Source: Saccostrea cucullata (lineage: Eukaryota). Taken from it: a stretch of DNA of 64,000 nucleotides. Below are positions 40,301-52,987 of this stretch, piece after piece. The DNA lies in assembly GCF_032062105.1 (NCBI RefSeq), contig NW_026935419.1, positions 558,001 through 622,000 on the forward strand, given 5' to 3'. The notes under the pieces were generated by a model. The model did no database searches, had not been told where the DNA came from, and worked only from the letters and a program-made list of their open reading frames with translations. A program made the position numbers and the translations under genes. Every line of letters begins with the position of its first letter. The stretch's first letter is position 1.

Positions 40301-41287
40301 TCCATACAGTATAAATCTCATCTGTTATTTGTCATTAACAGGAGCCATAGAAAGTGTAGAGGGTACACCCTTTGACTTACGCACAGCTAAAAATATTGGG
40401 CAGATGATTCCACGAGTTCCAGGAAATGTTGGCTATGCTCATAACTATTGCTTTGGGACAACTGGCGATAAAAAATTCATGGCAAGGTGTGAGCTTTTTT
40501 TTGCTTTCATTGAGCATCAGCTTTTCAGATTACCTTTCAAAAAAAAAATGTGTGAACATCATTTCCGATTTTTTTTTTAATTCTCTTTTTATCTTTCCTA
40601 GAGTAGAGCATCCTGCCTCTGGTCGATATTTAGAGGTGTACAGCACTGAACCAGGACTTGTGTTTTATACCTCATACTATTTAAATGAAACAGGAAAGGG
40701 CGGGGCCAAGTACCAGAAATACGGAGCCTTTTGTCTGGAAGCTGCACATTACCCGGATAGCCCAAACAAAGTGAGTTTCAGCTTAACTTAAGCTGAATTG
40801 AGGTCTATTGATTATAATTCATCATTTTTATCCCCCCTAGGTGGGGGAGTATGGCCTGTGTTTAATTATACCCCCTGCTTGAAAAGTGGGAGGGTATATA
40901 GTAATCGGTATTTCCGTCTGTCCGCCTGTAACGCTTTGGGGTACCCATCTCTTATCCGCAACTCCTCTCATACCACTGAAGGAAATTTAATGAAACTTTC
41001 ACAGAATCTTTATTACATATTGCCATTGTGCACCTCCTATTTTACTTTTTGATCTGACATATATTTTTGATTTTCCAGAGCAAAACATGGATACTGCCAT
41101 ATGGGAGGGGGGGGTATCATTTAGTGAGCTCATTGCTCACAGTACCTCTAGTTATGAAATAATACAATTATGATGATTTATTAATTAATATTTTTATTTC
41201 TATTTTTAGCCAAATTTTCCTTCAACATTACTTGATCCCTCTGAGACTTATCAACAAACTACTTCATACAAATTTGGAGTAATGTGA
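37316..41287 (+). CDS. GALM: Aldose 1-epimerase paralog B (no N-terminal anchor, altered sugar-binding residues), ~339 aa
   Basis: Exons 37316-37365, 38927-39057, 39359-39513, 39766-39975, 40111-40192, 40342-40486, 40602-40770, 41210-41287 (1020 nt; downstream exon sizes identical to paralog A). Motifs [48 protein letters not shown]. In-frame TAA lies shortly upstream of the ATG. Confidence 0.93.
37650..38455. mobile_element. Nested MITEs in the first coding intron of GALM-B
   Basis: Inner element 37681-38262 with TIR aagaactatatgc.gtatt...tttgccccc and inverse; outer ends taccatgtaagtggaaattt / aaattctacttatacggta. Confidence 0.7.
40868..41152 (+). mobile_element. HINE-like element in the last intron of GALM-B
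   Basis: ccccctgcttgaaaagtgggagggtatata...gtctgtccg...gtgagctcattgctcacagtacctctagt; same family as ~1900 and ~51918. Confidence 0.7.
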
Positions 41288-42270
41288 TTCATATTTTGTC
41301 AGCAATATTCTACATGTATATCTGTGTATTACTTCCTGGGTATTTGTACTTTATATATTTTGTAGAACAAATTTAGCAATAATGAAAATACTGCCTTTTG
41401 TACAGAACTTCAAGCATTGTGACAAAAAAATCTCTGTAATCAGAGATGTATATATGATATACATTATATCAATTTTTTGTTTGGAAGTTTACACTATGGT
41501 CCAAAGTTATCATTGTGACACAAACTCCGCTGCTGGCAGCCAAGTTTTCAATATGTGAATAAGAATGTGAAAATAAAAGGGCACAAAATAAAACATCATT
41601 TTGCTGCTTTTATTTTGTCTAATACAATAAATGCTACAACAGACTTCAGCTGTGTATCAGTTGTTTTGCTTGGATTTGATTCTATGATCCAAAGTAATCA
41701 GTGTAAGCCCCTTCCCATAGCCACTGCGTGGACTGACAGAATGCAAATTACCGGTAAATGACATCTATGTAGGAACACAACACACAACATCAAGTTCCCA
41801 CAGCAAGACTTGAACCAGTGGATATAACTTTTTTGTCAACCGCTTTCAGTGGAGGGACATTTAATCTCAATTGTCTATCCATCCGTTAATCAGTCTGTCT
41901 GTCTCAAAAATTTTAACCTCATTCATTATTTTTGAATGAGAAGAGATAAGACTTTCATAGTTTTTTTTTAGATACATTTAGAATTTATGATATTTGACAT
42001 GCTAGGACCATTTTTGAAACACACTATGCAGCTGATTTTCCATTCCGAGGTCTAATCTTTTCTTCTAACATGACTCTACATGTACTAGATCTCTTCCAAT
42101 TGAAGTTACTTAAACTTGTTTATTCAAATTACTACCTGGCTATTTCTTGAGGGGTCCATTCCCCTTTTCGATTCTATCTGATTGATACTGAATTCTTATA
42201 TGTCATCTGTATTATCTACAACTCGGCAGATTTTATCGCTGCCAAAATTTCAAAGGTGCTAAGAAGTTAC

Positions 42271-42448
42271 TACAGTCAAACTTCGTTATCTCACACTCAA
42301 CGGGACCAAGAAAAAAACATTGAGATATTCGACGATTCAAGATATCAAGGGTAAAATCTTAAAGATTAAGTGTTTGGGACTTCAAAAGCACTTCCACTAT
42401 CCACGGTATTCGACATATCGGTGTTCGAGATACTGAAGTTCAACTATA
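42271..42448. mobile_element. Small TA-MITE
   Basis: tacagtcaaacttcgttatctc ... gagatactgaagttcaactata imperfect TIRs. Confidence 0.6.
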
Positions 42449-43245
42449 TTTAGAATAAACAGTAATAATTTAAAAAACCCACATTTTTAGCATCTTTATT
42501 TATTGTACAAACTAGATACAAATGTGAAATATTTTTTACTCACATTTGAGGACTAAAAGGCATGTCAAAAATTGCCCAAATCCTTCCTGTATAATTACTT
42601 CATAAAAACACATCAAATGCTCTGTAAAAATGCTGTTTTTGCTTAAGATTAAAAAAAAATCCAGCAAATTCAAAACATCTAGATAAATAATATGATTGCT
42701 CCAGTTTAACTGATAATAAATAAAAAATAAATGAACATTTTCTTTGTTGGAAACATTACTGTCACTAAATAATTTTGTGAATGAATATTGCAGAATGCCT
42801 AAAATGGAATTATTCATTTTATGTAACTACAGTGCATATCCATGTACATGTATTGATAATGACTTTTTCTTAAAGACCCTTTACTGTTTTAAAACTATTT
42901 TAAACTACAGATTCACCAACGAGGAAGTCTAAATCTTACAAATAAATGTAAGATGTCACTGATTGAAAGTTTGGTTCATTAAAACTTTTCATTTAAATCC
43001 CAGACTTTGAGCCATTTGAGTATTATTCATTAGAAATATGAACCTGGTAAAATATATAAACTTAAGATGGAATCCCACCCCCCTTCCCCTAGAAAATGTG
43101 TTTTAATAATTCGTAAAACATCATCTTTAGAAGTGACCCAATCCAACCAATTACTCAGCCATCTATTAACACTTTGAAAAAGAAAAAAAAGAATTTAAAA
43201 AGATGCTATGAAAATTCTACATTATTGTAAATCGTATGGAATGTA

Positions 43246-43382
43246 CACAGGCACCTGACGTTACTTATTTTTCTTTTAATAAAAGAAATATACCTTTACC
43301 TATAATAAAACCTTGGTTTATTATAAGGTAAGGGTATATTTTTTTTATTAAAAGAAAAATAAGTAACGTTAGGTGCCTCTGG
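43246..43382. repeat. ~135-bp near-perfect inverted repeat (hairpin)
   Basis: aggcacctgacgttacttatttttcttttaataaaa...tataataaaacc ttgg tttattata...ttttattaaaagaaaaataagtaacgttaggtgcct. Confidence 0.85.
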
Positions 43383-46300
43383 GAATGTATTATACATATA
43401 TTAAGCTTCAAAGAAAAGCAAGTCAAAATGTGTTGTGTCAATCATAATGCCCAAAGACATGAACGAAAACAAGCAGTCAAATACCTTAATGTTAAGGACC
43501 CTCTCTACACCAGTGCAAGAATTTTTTGGACATTGAGAAAAATATACTGTATAAAGGAGTTAATATTGAGCTTATTTATCTAATTTTTACTGTATGGTGC
43601 ATGGCATTTAACCCCAGGAAAAATGTTCAAAGACAACACAGTATCGGTGAATAGAAATCACTGTTAATTACTTCAGTGGAGAAAATACATGTGAATAACA
43701 CGTTCAGTTAATTTGTCTTGGCCTTTTAAAATATAAAGAATACTTAAATTTAATAAAAATTAAGTAATACATTGTAAATATATTTTTTTAGAATTTAGAT
43801 CTAAGGGCAGATCACTCTAACTGCAGAAAAATACCTTAGAATCAGAATTCTTTAGTGTGCAGTGTAGAGAGGTTTCTTAATTAATAAAATTTGGGTTAGT
43901 ATTTTATAATCCTTACCAAACTTGAAAAAAACATTAAAAAAAATAACTCTGATATTAAAAAACCCTTACATAATAAAATATACAGAGCAATAATTCAACA
44001 GCTATATTAAATATTCAACAAGTCCGTTAAACAATATGATTCAAACTATCACATCCAAACTATAATTGGATATTCAACTTCTCCCCTTCCAAAATAAAAG
44101 AGTTGACATCAATTTTTTTTCATTTCATAACTGGAACTGACATTCTTTAAAATTATGAATATGTATAACGTTGGTAGATATATGCTATAACAAAATGTCA
44201 AGGTAAAATTTATTTCTCAATTCATAAAATTTGCAGTTTAAAGTATAACTATTAATCACTGCATGCTTTTACACTGAAAGTGAAACTTTGGCTACTTTTG
44301 CCCATAATACTTGCATAAAAATATACATACAACAAATTTAGATGTAATATCAGTATACTGACCAAATATCAACTTCTGATGCATATACATGACATGTATC
44401 ATACAAGAATACATAATTAGGCACTTTTTAAGTAAACAATGTGATTATTATTAATTTTATTATTATGTAAGTTTGAATATGGTGTAAAAAATAACAACCT
44501 TTATAAAATTGACAACAATCTACATGTAAGCTTAACTTTCACCCTTGAACATCTGACCAACAAAACGTTTTTCATAATAATGGTCGAAAGATAATTAAAT
44601 GGTACCGATGGGTTCAAAGCATGACCATTCATATATGATACATAAGTGATAAAAAAAAAAATGATAGTAAAAATAATTTTGAAATAGTTTTCTAGATGAG
44701 ACAAGCAAATGTTAACTCCACAACTGCTAAAAATTTTATGATGTTTCAATGCAAGAGTCATAAATACAATTTCAGTTATACATGTATTCTTTCCTGCTTG
44801 CTTGGTTTTAGTTTACATAGAATACACTGATCATGAAATGCATACTGCATTAAAAATATGAATGCAAGTTTAAGGACATACGCAAGGTACCTTACTTACT
44901 GATAATTTTTCAAGATATTCTGAATTTAAACTTATAATACCATAACATGTTCTTCGACAAAAAATCAGCATGTGTTACCAGGGGTTTTGAAAAGATATCA
45001 AATTTTGAAAATTTTTGCATTTATCAAAGAAAAATGTACAAAAATTACAAAAATTCCAGATTTTTTTTCATCAAAATTTGTTTTAGAAGAGGTGTACAAA
45101 TCCATATATAGACATTAAAAGTATTGCACACAGGTCCTTCATTTAGTGGAACTCTTCAACTCCAGGGAAGAACCCAATAAAGTTCAAACTACGTTGCATA
45201 TGACCTTAATATGATTTTTAATGACCAAAAATATCTTGATTACATAATATTAAAACATATGTAGAATATGAAATTTTTGATGAATGTATATGTGAAAAAG
45301 TCAAAAAATTATGGACACAGATTGAGTCAAGGGGGATTGTACTGTATTTGAATGTACAAATGATTAAAAAATTTTGAAGACTGTTTCCAAATCAGAAACC
45401 TTTTTTTGTATATATACATGTATAAATAACTGATGTCTACAATGGATTTGTGTACAACAGTTTATGGCACATCAACTGGCAAATACTTCATTTCTTAAAA
45501 AATAAAATATCTTTTTCACAATTTTCAAGATGTAAATGTTAAAATTGACAAATAAAACATTTATATATATTTATATATGATCAACAAATCATTAATTATA
45601 CATTTACATATGTCCAATCATTACATGATAGAATATACATGTATATCTTAAAAGTGTACAAGTAACATTAGGAATGGTCTTTGAGAATATACATGTAATA
45701 TAATTAACAATTTATAAACATCTTTTATTTAAAACACCTCCACAAAAGTCAGAACTCATTTAAGGCATATGTACCCAAGAAGGGAAAAAAATATTTCAAA
45801 GCCAAATAACTGAATTAAATGCATTTGCTTTCTTTTTTATCATTTGTGTCTAACATGGGCTTTCTGTTCTGAAGACCAGCAAATTAATTTTGAAGCTACA
45901 CAAATACATGTGTGTATTTTTCATTATATGGGAATGTTCATATTTTTTCCTGATCTGGAATTCAAATTAAAAAAATATATAATTTCATAATTTTTTTTCC
46001 ACACTATCATAAAGATCTAAACATCTGGTTGACTTTACATGTACAATAAATTGAACCAAATTTCATAATTTATAGTCCCTTTGAATAATTATATATGTAC
46101 AAAGAAAATTTAAAGCCCTAAAAATTTTCTTCAGAAAAATTTGAAAATATTTTATAGAATTGTTGATTTAATTGATTCCCTGATAAGACAAAGTTGTGGA
46201 ATGTGTGTGAAGCACTGTGAATTCACCCAATATATATTTTTTTTTTGAATTCTGGAATCAATAGATTTCAATAGAAACGGAAATATAGGTCAAAATTTTA

Positions 46301-46825
46301 ATAAAAAACTTCATCAACAATAAGCACTACTGCATTTTACCTAATCAACTAACAGTTACAAATCAAACATAAAAATCAAGAAGGAATGCCATTATTTAAA
46401 AAAATAATCAATCAAAACAAAAAGAATACACAAAACTAAGCACTCATTAGAATAATTAATTGGGAAGTATCAACCAAAAGCACACAAAAATGGAATGTCA
46501 TAATTCATCCATGGAATATAAAAAGACTAATATACATTTTTTGAGTTGCTCTAAAACACACTTCAATATCATTAAAATAGAATCTGAAACTACTTGCACT
46601 ACAATAAAAATCTTTATTCTATCAATACAAAGTTAGAAATTGTGAAACACAGAAAACATCACCTAAAATGTGAATAATATTAATGTACATACATAAGCTA
46701 TTCTTGCATAGTATTAAAATGGAATTCTTTTGACTTGGAAGACAATATGCTTCATACTTTGGGACTGTATATGATTATCGAACCTTGTCCTTATATATCC
46801 ACTAAGCTAACCATCCAAAGCACAA

Positions 46826-48501
46826 TCATAGCACATACTCTTGATCTCCGGTAATATCATGAGCTTTCTGGAGATGGATGCGCAGAGAACTTTCTGTGTT
46901 AAATCCCTTGAAGCACACTCGGCACCTGAAATGCATTTTAAGGTGGACCCCAAGTCCATTAAAAGTCGCGAAACCTCGTCCACAGAACTTGCACTTGTGA
47001 TTCAACTGATTGAGCGCTTGAGTCTTAATGCCCGTGACCTTGTGAGTTCCCAGACCAGGTGTGGTCCCCGATCCATCAGAGGGCATGCTGGGAACATCCA
47101 TGTTCCAGTCAATATCCTTCCCATGAACACTTCTCACATGCTTCTGGAGATCATAGCAAACAGAGTATTTCTTATCACAGTGAGCACACTCATACGGGCG
47201 AAATCGTGAATGGACACGCTTCACATGCTGCTCTAAGCTGTCATTTCCCCAGAAGCGTTTTATACATAAATTGCATTTATATGGTCGGTACTCCCCATGG
47301 TGCATTTTTATATGGCGCTTAAGATTGCCCATATAAGCAAAACTTTTCTCACAATGCGAACAAGGGTAGGAACCTTGTTCTGGCCCACCCTGGGTTACTG
47401 GATCTGGGCTACTTGGTTCTTGGCTGTCATCTGTTTTTGATGATGGGCTGCCTGTTGCTTTGGAGGTGGGGCTAACAGGGGCACTTTTGTCCAACGGAGA
47501 GCAAGTTGGTGAATCTGCAAAATATAAAACCAGAAAATTAATTGCAAGGCAATCAACTAATATTCTTTTTATCCATTTTGGCAACATAGAAATTAAAGCG
47601 TTTAATCAAGGATTACAGAAATTAAAACATGTTTCATAAGGTATTGCACAGTTCAGCCCTACAAATGTAAACTTTAGTCAGGGCAAAGAGCATGTTTAAT
47701 TCATGCTTCTGATGTAAGACTTGCAATTCATACTATTACTTCCACAGTTAAGCATATATAACCAATTGGTATCCCTAAGTTTACCTTGGTAATTTGCAGT
47801 TACATATTTTTTTTCTCTTTTTTTATCTTTATGAAACTTTTCAATACATAATAGTCCAAGCAAACAGTACTACACTTACATGTCTCTGGTTTGCGAGTTT
47901 CCTCTGCGACAAGTCCTCCTGCAGTAGAAGACTCTGGCGCAGCAGGGGAAGTTCGTATCTGTTTACATGGACTGGCCTCCCTCTGTAGCAGCATCTCTTT
48001 ATAGTAGACCAGCAGTACCTCCCTGTCTGACACACACTCCATCCCCACATCATCTGGCATACGAACAGGAACGGTCAATTTTCTCTTAGCTCTACCCTTA
48101 CTCTGAAGTAAAAACTCCTCCGCTCGTTCTTTTAATTGCATAGGTGTTAATGTAAAATGATCCGTTTTCTCTTGGTCTTCTGTTGCATTATGCTGTATTT
48201 CCCTATTCAAGGATAAATCCTGTGCCATCATTTGGGTCCCCTGGTTAACATCAGATGGAGATTTGGGTTCATCTGGAGAGGTTCGTTTTGGACTCATGTG
48301 AAGATCTAAAGGAAGACATGGTGACTTTGGTCGGAGCACAGGCAATAAGGGGGGCATCTCTAAGGGGCTACTGGCCATCTGGGTGAAATTTGGTAAAAGT
48401 TTTTGACCCAATTTCCAAACAGTGTCTGGATTGAGAAGGCCATTTAAAGTCAGTGATGGGTCATGTAACATGTCAGTCATCTTGGTAAATCCATGGAGAA
48501 A
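46826..48501 (-). CDS. C2H2 zinc-finger transcription factor with five fingers (~429 aa from Met 48480; may have upstream exons)
   Basis: Exons 47880-48501 and 46826-47514 join in phase 1. Fingers CSHC..HIKMHH, CNLC..HVKRVH, CAHC..HVRSVH (GEYRPY and SRFRPY linkers), CKFC..HLKMH, CRVC..HLQKAH. Acceptor at 48502 implies at least one more exon upstream. Confidence 0.88.
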
Positions 48502-48689
48502 CTGAAAATAATAAAATAAAATCAGCTCACTATTTGTGTACTTGTTGATATATATAACTAATTTATTATACCCACAGAATTTTTCTTATCATTATACATC
48601 GATCATTATACATGTATTCTATAAGGTTTGATTAAAACATTTTGAATAGTTTCTGTAAAAATCAGCTCTACTGGTTTATAAAAACACAT

Positions 48690-49608
48690 TTTGAAAAGTA
48701 GCAGTTGGGTGAGACTTTAAATCAGCAATAAAAGAAAAAAATCCTTGCCACTCATCAAAATAAAAAAATGCACAGAATTATGTATCAATATAACTTGTGT
48801 GCCAAGTTATACTGAAATCTCAAAACTGCAGGAGGAGTAGTATTTTGAAAGAATTTCACAGAAATTTCTATTTTTAGTAACCATGGGCAACATTGTTCAT
48901 TGAAATCAAAAACCGATGCACAGAATTAAAAAGTTTGTTTGCCAAGTTATATCAAAATGGCAAAACTGTAGGAGGAGTAGCATTTTGAAAGAATTTCACA
49001 GAAATTTCTATTTTTAGTAACCACGGCAACACCGTTTATCGAAATCAAAAACCGATGCACAGAATTATTATCTAGTGTAGTCTACTTGTGTGCCAAGTTA
49101 AAAAATCTGTAGGAGGCTTAGCATTTTGAAAGAATTTCAAAGAAATTTCAGTAACCAAAACCGTTCATCGAAATCAAAAACCGATGCACAGAATTATGTA
49201 TCTTAGTGTAGTCTACTTGTGTGCCAAGTAATATTGAAATTGGACCAAAACTGTAGGAGGAGTAGCATAGAATTTCAAAGCATAGTAACCATGCACACGT
49301 TAATGAATCAAAACCCGATGCACAGAATTAACACTACTTGTGTGCCAAGTTATATTGAAATCTACCAAAACTGTAGGAAGTAGCATTTTGAATTTCACAG
49401 AAATATCTATTTTTATTAAACGGCAACACTGTTCATCAAAATTTGCACAAAATTATGTATCTTAGTGTAGTCTACTTGTGTGTCAAGTTATACTGAAATT
49501 GGACCAAAACTGTAGGAGGAGTAGCAATGAAATACAGACAGACGGACGGACGACGGACGCATTACTATCGCATAAGCTCTTCTGGTCTCTGACCAGTAGA
49601 GCTAAAAA
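48690..49608 (+). mobile_element. HINE with degenerate internal tandem array
   Basis: ~6 copies of ...tgcacagaatta...acttgtgtgccaagtta...aaaactgtaggaggagtagcattttgaaag..., then gacagacggacggacgacggacg and a terminal hairpin agctct.ctggtc...gaccagtagagctaaaa. Confidence 0.75.
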
Positions 49609-50138
49609 TCAGCTAAAAACACATTTTGAAGTGAGGTCAAGGTCAAAGAAAAGGTCAAGGTAAAAAAAAAATGATGATGCAATATAATAGCTCTCATCAA
49701 TGTACATATTAGCATGTGAAGTTTTATGAAGATACATTAAAAAGTTTCTTTAAAATTGATCTAATGGCAAAATGTAACTGAAAAACAGATGGAAGGACAG
49801 AAGATGGACATGACAAACACTTCTTAGCCCAGACCATTATCTTGTGGGGCATTAAAAATTATCTTCACTGTGGTCTAATCATAAAAAACTCATGACAGGT
49901 TGGCAAACTCAACTGAAGATTACCTTGCATACAATGCATCATGCATGACTAATGAACAAGGAAACAACACTATTGTGCATTTAAAATATTTAGATTAAAA
50001 CTTTGCTATATCTTTCTTATTAAACCAACTGTTTAATTTATTTGAATGGCATTTTTGAGTATTATACTTATGCGATGAAATATACATAGTCGCTCAGGCT
50101 AAAGTGATGTCACATTGAGGCTATACATACATACCAGT

Positions 50139-50542
50139 AACAAGAGATGTTTGTAAAACACTTATGCCCCACTCCCCCAATAATAATTGGAATTTTTCTA
50201 AGTCCAAGGGATATAACTCTGTCTAAAATGGTCCCATTGTACCCAAAACAAAGCTTTACCTAGATATTCTTATGATAAATCTGTATACCAAATTTCATTT
50301 CAAAATGTGCAACCTCTGCAAATAAAATGAATGGAAACTGCAAATAATTGGAATTTTCTAAGTCCAAACAATACTTGGCCTAGATATTCTTATGATAAAT
50401 CTGTATACCAAATTTCATTTCAATATGTGCAACCTCTGCGAAGAAAATGAACAGAAACCAATGGTGAACCGACAGACAGACCGACCTACAGATGGACAGA
50501 AGCAAAGCAATATTCCATCCCTTCTTCAAAGGGGTCATAAAA
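50139..50542 (+). mobile_element. HINE-like element
   Basis: aacaagagatgtttgtaaaaca start, two internal copies, gacagacagacc microsatellite, ccttcttcaaagggggtcataaaaa end. Confidence 0.7.
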
Positions 50543-51917
50543 ATACAATGCATCGGGAAGCAAGATATTCAAGCATGGAGTGTATTCATGCTACTTTTAA
50601 ACATGTCAAAATAAAAGGAATGGGGTTTTTTGGTAGTGTGTATGCTTAAGAGGCTGGTAGGAAGCAATTTCCGTTGGGGGTAGGGAATGGGATGTGGTGG
50701 GGTTGGGCATGCATTTTCAGTTCGGGGGCACTATCAACCACCAAAAATTCCTTGACAAGCCAAAAAAAGGGTCACCTGATGTTAACATTCAGGGGGCACA
50801 AGTGTATGGTAGCTATGTTTTCTATAGTATTGTATAATTCAACATATCGGCAAATAATTGGGGGGGGGGGGGAGGGGGTACAAACACACCCAGTTCCTAA
50901 GGCCATGCTTAAATTATAGTATCTAAATACACAATGAAATGTTTGTAGCAACTTAAATGCTAATAAATATATTTTGTAAACATGATTTTTAACCATTCCA
51001 TATACACTGTAGGTTTTCATCTTTTAATTAAGTATTAAAAGATTTAGTCTCCCTCTCCTTATATCAGTCTACAATTCATCAACATTTTAAAATACTGTTT
51101 ACAATGAACATTTAAAGATAACATGAAATATTTTTCATCCCTTTAATAGATTTTTTTCTTGTCAGGCATATAGCTAAAAATATACTTTCAAGTTAAATGG
51201 CCTTCACCTTGCTTTACCTGGAACATAACTTTTTCCGAGAATTTGTAACTCATTCATTACTAAGTAATAATAAAACATGAATTACACAGTCAGTAAGTGG
51301 TGTTGTTCGGTCACTGTTTGTTTTATTAAGCATATATCTGGGTGCACTGGTGTAAAATGTCTCCCCAAAGTGTATTTATTCCTCCCAATATTTTCTATGG
51401 AGGAGAGGGGGGAGACATGCATAATACTGTGATGAATTCGTGGGACTAGCTAGACTTTTTTCAGATAACATATGGTTGATATTCCTGAATCAGGATATTT
51501 TCCTACATAACATCATGTAAGTAATAGTGATCAATTCTATTGTGCATCAAGCTATTAGTTTGTTGAAATCTTTGATCCACCACCAGGCCTGCCACTTTTA
51601 AAAGTACATGGTGAAATTATATGTTCATATTTCCTGTTTTACCAGATAAACTCTATAGTTCTAGATACAATAGATATGTTTACCTTTGTTGATCAAGATA
51701 ATTTTTTTAAATTAATCTTTTATTGATATGAATCAAGAATTATAATTGATACTCTCTCAAGCATGCAGACACTTGCTGTCTTACAAAAATGTTTTACCCT
51801 AGGCACATTTCTATCAATATTCATGATGAAAGAGTCGTAAATTTAAATAAGTGATTCTTTACTTCCTCCTATTTTGACACTCTCCTGTAACTCATCACAA
51901 ATCCATTTATATCTATA

Positions 51918-52408
51918 TCCCCCGCTTGAAAAGTGGGACTGTATATAGTGATTGGGATTTCTGTCTGTCTGTCCATCTGTCTGTCCGTCCGTTACGCTTT
52001 GGGGTGAACCATTTCTAATTCGCTACTCTTTTTATACCACTGAATGACTTTCAATGAGAACTTTTACAGAATCTTTATTAATATATAGTGCCATTGTGCA
52101 CCTCCAATTTTACTTTTTTATCAGACACATATTTCAGGTTTCCTATGGCAACTATGGACACTGCCATTCTTTCTATAATTTCTATAATATTGAAGGTACC
52201 CATCTTTTATCTGCAACTCCTCCTATACCATTGAATGAAATTGATACATTCATAGATTCGTTATTACATATAATGCCATTGTGCATCTCCTATTTCATTC
52301 TTTGATCTGACACTTATTTCATGTCTCACAGAACAAAACATGGACGTTGCCATTATAATAGTATGGGAGGCAGGAGTATCATTTAGTGAGCTCAGTGCTA
52401 CCTCTACT
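51918..52408 (+). mobile_element. HINE-like element (same family as ~1900 and ~40868)
   Basis: cccccgcttgaaaagtggga...gtctgtctgtccatctgtctgtccgtccgttacgcttt...gtgagctcagtgc. Confidence 0.7.
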
Positions 52409-52987
52409 GTGTATCATAAGTATATTGGCATATTCACAAAAGATTTTTTTTTTTTAATTTACAGTGTTATGTTTGGGGATAATAAGCTAATGCTAGCTGG
52501 TTTAATAAAATTTGATGTTATTTATAACAGTATGTTCCTCTAAAAGGTCTCTTAGATACTTTTACATTGAATGTCAGGCACTAAAATGCTAAACAAAACA
52601 GTTCTATTCCTGTTTTCAAGTCCAAAGTTTGAACTTCCAAAGAATTGAGTACATTAGGCAAACTTAGCTACTAGGTAGTGATAGACCTAACAGTCAAGTT
52701 TTTAGTTGAATTCTTTGACCATGCAGGAAAGCCTAGCCACTTTCAACACTGCTTTCTGACAATATTGCAGCCTGGAGGACAGGGCTTCTCTACATACTTG
52801 GGATTGTAATTTTTGGATTATTGGATTGAGGTGGGAGAACTAATTCAGAATTACAAGTTAACTACACATTAGAAAGATTATACATAAGAATGTTCTTTCC
52901 CTTTATAAATTACAAGATACACAATATATTTACTTCCATGAAGTACATCATGAAAAATAATTATATATTTTTTCATATTTTAATCAC

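Noticed and set aside
46841-47322. Plus-strand ORFs opposite the zinc-finger exon
   Set aside because: Antisense shadows of the C2H2 coding exon.
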